Shown: positions 49,613 through 59,400 of the stretch, in pieces | Numbering within the stretch: the first letter of the stretch is position 1 | Layout: every line of letters starts with the position of its first letter | Source of the DNA: Macrostomum hystrix | Taxonomy: Eukaryota; Animalia; Platyhelminthes | DNA length: 64,000 nt | Direction: 5' to 3' | Assembly: GCA_950097015.1 (NCBI GenBank) | Contig: CATNEN010000001.1 | Span: 25,482,001-25,546,000 of the forward strand | Translations under genes and position numbers: made by a program | The notes under the pieces: generated by a model | What the model saw: the letters and a program-made list of their open reading frames with translations, nothing else | Told to the model about the DNA's origin: nothing | The model's database searches: none

Positions 49613-50773
49613 CCCATCGACTTGTCCGTTCAGCAAACACATTGGCAATGAATTAACAGCTCAACAACATACCATAGACGGTGGCAGTGCCAGAGCATTC
49701 GGCTGCGTCTTCAGCAACGGTGGAGGAGTCAGGAAGTGACAAATTTCAATGCGCGATGTACGCTACTCGAATGCTTGGTTGTTAGTAGTATCAAACGCAT
49801 TCGCAATGCAGAAATGAGATCAGACTCACCGCTTCTCCATTTCTAGTGAGCACAGACAGGCTGGATTTCACTCCCATGCTGGAGAATTCTCCAATCTCCG
49901 AATGGCGACACTTGCTCCAGCCGATGAAGCTAGAGAGTCTGTACATAACATGGTTGCGAATTCCATTTCTGAAGGAATTTTATTGATTCGTTTTATCATT
50001 TCGGTAACCCAATTAAGTCAATAATCCTTACCATTTAGAGATCTTCAGTGCACCTAACAAGCTGCAAAATCTGATGTAACTGGGGGATGGAACAATACGA
50101 GCGCTAGAAATCCCACGGTGCTGATCCCAACCCTGGACCCCCGATCATGGATAAATCATGCATGGTCCATGTGCAAATACATGCATGTAGCATGCATGAA
50201 GCATGTATGTTTTATCCATGTTCCATGCATGTTGCATGCATGTTACATGCATGGGTATCCATGTGTTAACCGTGTGTTTTCTAAAAACATGCGTGACTTA
50301 TCCATGCGTGCAAGCCGCACATGCATGTTTTGCCCATGAATATCCCAATTGCACTATATACATGCACTTTCTGTGGATACAGTCAGATGTAAGAAGCAAA
50401 CCCAAAGCGAATTGCGGAATTCAAAAGAAATAAAAAAGCCTGTAATATAAACATCAGTCAAAGGAAGCAGCATCAGTTAATTAATGACTATAGGCTCACT
50501 TCCATGCTAAGAGGTAAAATAGCGAAGTTATACTGTTTATAAAATCTACTTGGAGGTTGCAAATTGCGCTCGTATTATCATGTGATAGTGATCAACACAG
50601 AATTTGTGCAACGTAGTAGAAAGTGAGATATTAGATGAAAGAACCGCCAATCGTTTACAATTACATCATTAAAATGCGTAGAAAGTTGCAGAGTGCAATA
50701 CAGAAAGCAACAAAGGAGCACATCAATATACAGTATGAGCATTCACAAGTATGACAGGAGTACGTACATTCGA

Positions 50774-52148
50774 AAGAAGGGAGCAGGGATAATAAAATGG
50801 CACGCTTTTAGGGCAGGTTGCATCTGCAAGAAGGGAGCAGGGATAATAAAATGGCACGCTTTTAGGGCAGGTTGCATCTGCAAGAAGGGAGCAGGGATAA
50901 TAAAACGGCACGCTTTTAGGGCAGGTTGCATCTGCAAGAAGGGAGCAGGGATAATAAAACGGCACGCTTTTAGGGCAGGTTGCATCTGCAAGAAGGGAGC
51001 AGGGATAATAAAACGGCACGCTTTTAGGGCAGGTTGCATCTGCAAGAAGGGAGCAGGGATAATAAAACGGCACGCTTTTAGGGCAGGTTGCATCTGCAAG
51101 AAGGGAGCAGGGATAATAAAATGGCACGCTTTTAGGGCAGGTTGCATCTGCAAGAAGGGAGCAGGGATAATAAAACGGCACGCTTTTAGGGCAGGTTGCA
51201 TCTGCAAGAAGGGAGCAGGGATAATAAAATGGCACGCTTTTAGGGCAGGTTGCATCTGCAAGAAGGGAGCAGGGATAATAAAACGGCACGCTTTTAGGGC
51301 AGGTTGCATCTGCAAGAAGGGAGCAGGGATAATAAAATGGCACGCTTTTAGGGCAGGTTGCATCTGCAAGAAGGGAGCAGGGATAATAAAATGGCACGCT
51401 TTTAGGGCAGGTTGCATCTACAAGAAGGGAGCAGGGATAATAAAACGGCACGCTTTTAGGGCAGGTTGCATCTGCAAGAAGGGAGCAGGGATAATAAAAC
51501 GGCACGCTTTTAGGGCAGGTTGCATCTGCAAGAAGGGAGCAGGGATAATAAAACGGCACGCTTTTAGGGCAGGTTGCATCTGCAAGAAGGGAGCAGGGAT
51601 AATAAAACGGCACGCTTTTAGGGCAGGTTGCATCTGCAAGAAGGGAGCAGGGATAATAAAACGGCACGCTTTTAGGGCAGGTTGCATCTGCAAGAAGGGA
51701 GCAGGGATAATAAAACGGCACGCTTTTAGGGCAGGTTGGATCTACAAGAAGGGAGCAGGGATAATAAAACGGCACGCTTTTAGGGCAGGTTGCATCTGCA
51801 AGAAGGGAGCAGGGATAATAAAACGGCACGCATTTAGGGCAGGTTGCATCTGCAAGAAGGGAGCAGGGATAATAAAATGGCACGCTTTTAGGGCAGGTTG
51901 CATCTGCAAGAAGGGAGCAGGGATAATAAAACGGCACGCTTTTAGGGCAGGTTGCATCTGCAAGAAGGGAGCAGGGATAATAAAACGGCACGCTTTTAGG
52001 GCAGGTTGCATCTGCAAGAAGGGAGCAGGGACAATAAAACGGCACGCTTTTAGGGCAGGTTGCATCTGCAAGAAGGGAGCAGGGATAATAAAATGGCACG
52101 CTTTTAGGGCAGGTTGCATCTGCAAGAAGGGAGCAGGGATAATAAAAC
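50774..52148. repeat. 48-bp highly homogeneous tandem repeat AAGAAGGGAGCAGGGATAATAAAA(C/T)GGCACGCTTTTAGGGCAGGTTGCATCTGC
   Basis: Near-identical units that account for the spurious 486-aa and 482-aa ORFs. The translation period is 18 aa, so the unit may be 54 bp; measure it with a tandem repeat finder. Confidence 0.9.
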
Positions 52149-53475
52149 AATAAGGGCAAACAAGCTGACACTACACATACATATACATTAACATATACAT
52201 TTAGATTTACAATTTACACATCACTCAACTGATATGTATTAGGTCTCTGAAATCATTCAACTTTTCTTTCTTAAATTCTTGTGATTGTGATGATGCTTCC
52301 GTTAATGCTGTTTCTTAACTTTTGCACATGGTAGACATGTCTAGGTGCCCATTGTCTAGATTGGTCATTGCTTAGAGTAATATGATTGCTTTTCCAGTCC
52401 TAAATTATATAACCATTTTTTTGCTATTGCTTAAGTTTATTTGTGTTGATTGAGTTTTAACATCCTCAAGTTAATATTATCTGGCACATTATCTAATATC
52501 TTGCAAGTTCTTACAGGCCTAAAACATGTATAAAGATAGACTTGTCCCAACCTTGGCCATAGCAGGGGTGTAGTTATCAGGGAATACAGGGACATTGTGA
52601 CGAGTGTTTAGTTAGTTGTTGTGTAGCGGATTTGAGTTGGGATTTTAAATATATTGCTTTTTAAGTTAGTTTGTTTAACTAGCTGTGACGTGGTAACGGG
52701 TGGGGACGGCGACGGCAACACTGAAAACATGCTTATTATTATAACAACAGAAAGTACTAATTGGGTGTTGAATAAATTTGGTGCAATAATACCCAAGTGT
52801 ACACTTAGGAAATAAGCCAATCAGAATATAGGGTCAAGGTCAGAGCCAAGTTCTACTTTCTAGTCACAGAATAAAGTGATTATTGCGCAAAAAGTGAATG
52901 AAGAGTGAAGTGCGAAAACCAAAATAGTGTACCATACATAATATACCGGATACTGTATTGTTATAAGAAATTATAAGAAATTATAAGAAAAGTAAGAAAG
53001 TAAGTATTTACAATAATTATACGGCTGCGAAAAAACAAACTGCCACAATATATTCTCCCATTTGTCTGCTTAAACAGTTGCCCATTATATAAGTTAAAGT
53101 TTACTGATTTTTATCGCCGTATTTTCATGTTTCTTTGACAGTATTTAGCATGTTTTACAAATGTAGAGTATGAATTAATGTACTAATGTACTAAACTTGA
53201 GTATGTATGAATTCGCTAATAATGCAGTTATAATTTATATTTAAATATTTCCCACAGCTGCAGCATGCGCTCCACTCTACTGCCCTGTGAGTAGCCACCA
53301 AGGAGCACGATTCGAGAGCACTCCAAGGAGAGAGCGGCAGACACTGGCCTGCCCGTTGTCATGGCAACAATTTCAGGCATAAAAGCAGTCTCCGAGCTGC
53401 AGCGGGCCAGAGGTGGAATCGCTGTGTGCTCACCTTGAGCAGTGCTCAATATAACTTTTCACTCTAATCAGTCCC

Positions 53476-56400
53476 ATGGCTGCTGGAGGCCCAAGCGATG
53501 ACCAGGTGAGGGACTCAGAGCCAATCACAGTGCTCAAATATTGACTGAACTTGCCCACTGACAGTTGCATTGCCGACTCTCAGCTGCAGAGACTCGCCCA
53601 GCTGACCATCCAGGGCGACTATGGCCAGGTGCACCAACTGGCGACGCGACAGCTGGTGGCAAGCACAGATGGCAGCGGAAGGACCATCTTGATGCTGGTG
53701 GCCGACGCTCCAGATACTCCCGTGCAGGCTGAGAAGTGCGTATTGTACTTATTTGAGTTGGGCGCGGATCCGGGAGCGCGTGACGGGGTGGGTGACACGG
53801 CAGCGCACGTGGCAGCCAGACGGAACCACCTGCGGCTGCTGGCGCTGCTGCCGTTCGATGCGAAGTGGCTGCAGAACGAGCGAGGCGCGACACCGCTGAT
53901 GGAGGCAGCTCGGGCCGGCAGCTGGCGATCCGCGAAACACCTGCTGCATCTGCTGAGGCAGAGGAGGTATAATGAGTATGAGGAGAGAGGCAACTCGAAG
54001 AGGGATCAGCTGCTCGGCCTGCAGGACAGCGAAGGTCGAACCGCGCTCGACCTGGCGAGGCAGGGCGGCCACTCAGAGCTGGCCAGCGACATTGAGCGGT
54101 GAGTGATCAGTTCGCTGCTGTGCCCGATTCGCAGCATTGCAGCTGGGGTGGCCTGAGCATTGGTCTCAGCCCAGCCAATCAGAGCCAGTCAGCTGAAGCC
54201 GCTGTTGTTTGCATGGCCCAATGGGATTTCATTTCGGTGCAGTCGCTTTTGCATTTCTAGTTTAGCAACTCGAGCTAACTAATAAATCGATTGGAGATCA
54301 CTCAAATGGGAACTTGTCAATCTGGGAAAGCATTAGAGATGCAGGGGAATTTTCTGCATGCAACTGAATTCCCCATGTGTTTATGTCTCCCACAGCCAGT
54401 TTCCCTTCCCCAATATTCTGATTGGCTGGGATTTCACTTCCCTTAACTTGGAGATTCGCAAATACGCAATCAGCAAATCTCCAATGGCCAGTGCCCAGAT
54501 TTGTGTGCCACATTGGCAGCACTGAGAACTGGCATTTCTCATGCCGCAGTGCTTTCTCGACCCCAACACTTTGCTGATGCAGCGAATTTGAGGCTGAGTA
54601 AAAATGAGCTTGTCTGAAACTGCTGCCTGTTTGTGTGCGATGAGAATTTCGCATTTGATTTCTTCTGCTTTGCAGGGAGATGCGGCTGCGACTGGGTGTA
54701 AATGGCGACATCTCCGGCCTGACAGACTCGGTGAGTGGCATCTGGGGTGCCGATGTGGGTGCAGATTGTAGTGTGCGTACGCACGTGAGCCAGGCCCAGG
54801 TGTACACCTGGGTCGTTTGATTGGTTGCGGAGCGGGGTGGGTGTCGCCACCCCAGTTCTAGCAAATAATATATGGACGCGCGCTCAGCGTGGCAGTAAAG
54901 ATTGAGAGTTTTGTCTGCTCACTAAAAATAGCCTCGGCCTTAGTTATTACAATGGCATCGCAAGCACCGAACCCCTAGTGCACCATGACTGAGCAAATTT
55001 CTCTCGCGCCTCCCGGCCAGTTTGTTATCGATAGCGATTGCCACTCAACTGCACAGCGCTGGACTGCATGGGCTCGCCGGTTCGCCACATACATTAACGC
55101 AGCTGGGATCCATGACGCAAAGCGAGGGCAGCACCTGCTGTTGTACGCCGCGGGAGAGGAGCTGCAGACCATCGTCGAAGAGAATGAAATTGACGCTGGG
55201 GAAGACTACAGCAGCCTCGCAAAGAATATCCAGGAATTCTGGGACGGCAAGAACAGCATCGTGTTCCTCCGCTTCAAGTTCGAGACCTGCAGACAACAGC
55301 AAGGCGAGACAATCGACCAGTGGTACCAGCGCCTGCGCAAGGCGGCGGAGCCGTGCGAGTTTGGAGCGATCAAGGACTCGCTGATCCGAGACAAAATCGT
55401 CGCCTACTGTGACTCCGAGAGGCTGAGGAGAGACTTCCTACAGAGCAAAGACATCACCCTGACAGATGTGCTGAGGAAGGCGAGAGCCAAAGAAGCGGCG
55501 GAGCAGCAGGCCAGCGCGATGGAGAACGGCAGGCCAGGTGAGCCGCAGCAGCAACTCGCAGCCATCCGGAGAGCCGAGCAGCCACCAGGGCCGCAGGTGC
55601 GCTGCAATCGGTGCGGCAGGCCAGGGCACTCCACGTGCGCCGCAGCGCAAGGCAAGAGCTGCAGAAAGTGCGGAAAGCCAGGCCACTTCGCCCGAGCTTG
55701 CAGGTCCAGGCAGGAGGCGCCCCAAAGCAATTCAAATGCTGTCGCGATGGTGCAAGGTGAGACCAGCTACGAGAGGGTGGACGACCCGGACACCGGCATA
55801 TTCAAGGTCGACCAGGAGGAGCAATCCGCCCACACAGTAGCTGAGATCAACGGCACCAGACTGTCAGTGCTGATCGACAGCGGGGCGGCTCGCAATGTGA
55901 TCAACCGCGCAACGTTTGAGAGCCTTAAACAGCGGCCGCGTCTGCAAGCAGCCTCTGACAGGTTGTTCGCGTATGGCTCGGACCGGCCGATGCAACTCAT
56001 CGGCAAGGCGGCGATGTCCATCCGCTTATTCGGCCGACGGGCGGTCGCCACGTTTCACGTTGTCGAAGGCAGAGGCATCACCATCATCGGCAGGCAGACG
56101 GCCACTCAAATGGAAATCCTGCGGATCGGACCACCACCGACGGTCGATCATCAGGTGCTGCAGGTCGCGGAAGCGGAGGCGGCTGTCGACAGCCTCCTCG
56201 GCAACACGAGATCCAGTGGAATGCCCCAAGATGCCCTTGGCAGGATACTGCGCAAGTACTCCAGCGTGCTCAGCGGCATCGGCTGCTTCACCGGGCCGCC
56301 AGTCAGCATCCACCTGACCGACAACGCCCGACCGGTTTGTCACGCACCGTCTAAGGTACCGATTCACCTGGCCGAGGCAGTGGACAAGGAGCTGCAGCTA

Positions 56401-59400
56401 CTGGAGCAGCTCGGAATCATCGAGCCCGTCGACGGACCAGTTCCGTGGGTCGCGCGGATGGTCGTTGTGCCCAAGAAGGAGCCAGGCGAAGTGCGGATCA
56501 CACAGGACCTCCGCGATGTCAATCGCTATGTCATCCGCGAGCGTCACCAGATTCCGACTTTTGAAGAGGTGACGGGAGACATGGCCGGCAGCACCGTCTT
56601 CTCGGAACTGGACATCGCGAAGGCGTTCTACCAGGTGCCTGTAGCAGAAGAATGCCGCAATCTGCTGACATTCTCGACACCCCGAGGACTTCGGCGTCTC
56701 ACTCGGCTGTGCATGGGCCTGTCCACCTCACAGGAGATCCTACAGAGCGTGATGTGCAGAGTGCTGGCAGGCCTGCCCAACGTAAAATGGATCCACGACG
56801 ACGTGGTCGTGTTCGGCCGCACGATGGCGGAGCACAACAGCAGCCTCGAGGCCTGCCTGGCCCGCCTGGCGCAACACGGCATCACGCTAAATGCTCGAAA
56901 ATGCAGGTTGGCACGCAGCAGCATTGAGTTTATGGGAATGCGACTGACGGCCGAAGGAGTCCAAGCCACAGAAAGCAAGGTCGCCGCCGTTCAAGAATTC
57001 AAGGAGCCAGAGACGATAAGCCAACTTCGATCGTTCTTGGGCCTCGTGAATTATCTCGCGGTATTCACGCCACAGTTGGCCAAGGTGGCGGAGCCGCTGC
57101 GACGCCTGACCCGGAAGAACACCGACTGGCAGTGGGGCGCCGACCAGGCCAGCGCCTTTGCGCAGCTAAAGCGCAGTATTGCGGAGCCGACAACGCTGGC
57201 ATTCTACGACAAGCGGCTACGGACACAGCTGATTGTGGACGCGGGACCAACCGGACTCGGCGCAATCCTGGCGCAAGTACAGCACGACGGCAGTTCGCGG
57301 CCAGTCGCATACGCGAGCCGGACCCTCTCCGACGTAGAGCGGCGATATTCGCAGACCGAAAAAGAGGCGCTCGCCGTGAAGTTCGGCTGCCTGAAGTTTG
57401 AGTACTACTTGTATGGATCGCCCGAATTCACGGTGATCTCCGACCACAAGCCGCTGACAGCCATGTATGCGCCAGGGTCACGGCCGCCTCCACGAGTCGA
57501 GCGTATGGCGCTGCGTATCCAGCACCTGGTATTCAAGGTCGAATACCAGCCAGGAGCGTCCAATGCTGCAGACATACTCAGCAGGCAGCCTCTAAACGCT
57601 GAAGGAAGTAGGACCAGCGAGCAGCTGAGAGAGGCCTACATAAACGAGGTAGCGCAGGCGGCTGTCCCGAAGGCGCTCACGCTCGAAGACATCCGCAAGA
57701 GCTCAGCCAGCGACCCAGTTATCCGGGCAGCGATAGCAGCGATGCAAGGCGGCCAATGGGACCGCTCTAGCGCTGAGATGCGGTCACTCCACGCGCTGCG
57801 AGAGGAGCTGTCGGCGGTAGACGGAGTTCTTCTTCGGCATCAGCGGATTGTCGTGCCAGCAGCTCTACGGCAGCAGATGCTCGAGCTGGCGCACCAAGGA
57901 CACCAGTGCTCGCAGAAGACGACCGCAAGGCTCAGCAGCAAGGTCTGGTGGCCGAGAATGGCAACACAAGCGCAGGAGTTCGTCAGTCGGTGCCGCAGCT
58001 GTGCCATCACGTCTCACACGCCAGCCGTCCGGGCTACGCCTCTACAGCCGACGCCTATCCCTAAGGGCGCCTGGTTGTCGATTGGGGCTGACTTTGTAGG
58101 CCCGATCAACAACAACATGCTGCTGGTGTGCGTGGACAGATACTCGAGATTCCCAGAGGTGCAGCTCATGCAGACAACGACGGCCGAGGCACTGGTCCCG
58201 CGCCTGCGAGAAATTTTCGCGCGATTTGGCATCCCGCAGGAGCTCGTAACTGACAACGGGCCGCCATTTTCATCCAAGGAGTTTGGCCGTTTCCTAGAAA
58301 GCTACGGCATCAAGCACCGCCTCATCACGCCTTACTACCCAGCCGCCAACGGCATGACAGAGCGGCTGAACCGCTCAATCAACAAGGTCGTGCGGGCGGC
58401 AATCGAGGAGCGGCGCGACTGGAGGGCTGCTCTGGACGAGTGGCTGCTGGCATACAGGAACACGCCGCACACAGCCACGGGCCGCGCGCCAGCCGAGCTG
58501 CTAATGGGCCGGCGACCAAATGATGTCATCCCCGCCGCCCGGCCATCCCAGCGCGTCCGCATCAACGAGCAGCGGCTGCGAGAGATGGATGCGAGCGCCA
58601 AGGCCGCGATGAAGCAGCGAGCGGACGCCAGGAGGCGGCCACGGCGGCACGAAATCCAGGTCGGCGATTCGGTGCTGCGACGGCGAGTCGGTGCCAGCAA
58701 GACGCAAACGCCATTCGAGAGCGGCGCCTGGACAGTCCAGCGGGTGGCCGGCAACTCGCTGATGCTGCGTCGTGACGGCGCGGCCTGCTGGCGGCATTGC
58801 ACAGCGGTCAAGGTCGTCACCCCAGAATCAGACGACGCTGGTGCCAGGCCGCAGGCTGCCGCGCCAGAAACTCCAGGCGAGGCGGCGCGGAACCCGGCCG
58901 AATCCCCGGTGGCGCTGCGCCCGCACCCCCGCGCTGCACGGGGTGGCGTGAAGATCTACAAGGACTAAACCAAGGACTGAAAACGAACTGACTTTTCTAC
59001 TGACATTAACAATCACATGCACGCTTTTCTTTGCAAGTCCGATGCGACTATCAATTCGAGTGTTTTATTTCCTCCAATAGCTGCATATTTTTTTTCGGTC
59101 GAGTTCCTTTTCGTTCTTTTCGACATCTTGCTTCTCGAATTCGTTCTTTTTTTGTCTCCCCACAGTTTCTGTTCGAAGGGGGAGAGATGTAGTGTGCGTA
59201 CGCACGTGAGCCAGGCCCAGGTGTACACCTGGGTCGTTTGATTGGTTGCGGAGCGGGGTGGGTGTCGCCACCCCAGTTCTAGCAAATAATATATGGACGC
59301 GCGCTCAGCGTGGCAGTAAAGATTGAGAGTTTTGTCTGCTCACTAAAAATAGCCTCGGCCTTAGTTATTACACAGATGAGCAGCTGTGCTCAAATTCTCC

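Noticed and set aside
50693-52171. 486-aa and 482-aa repetitive ORFs
   Set aside because: They come from a tandem repeat with a unit length divisible by three that is open on both strands; no splice or homology support.
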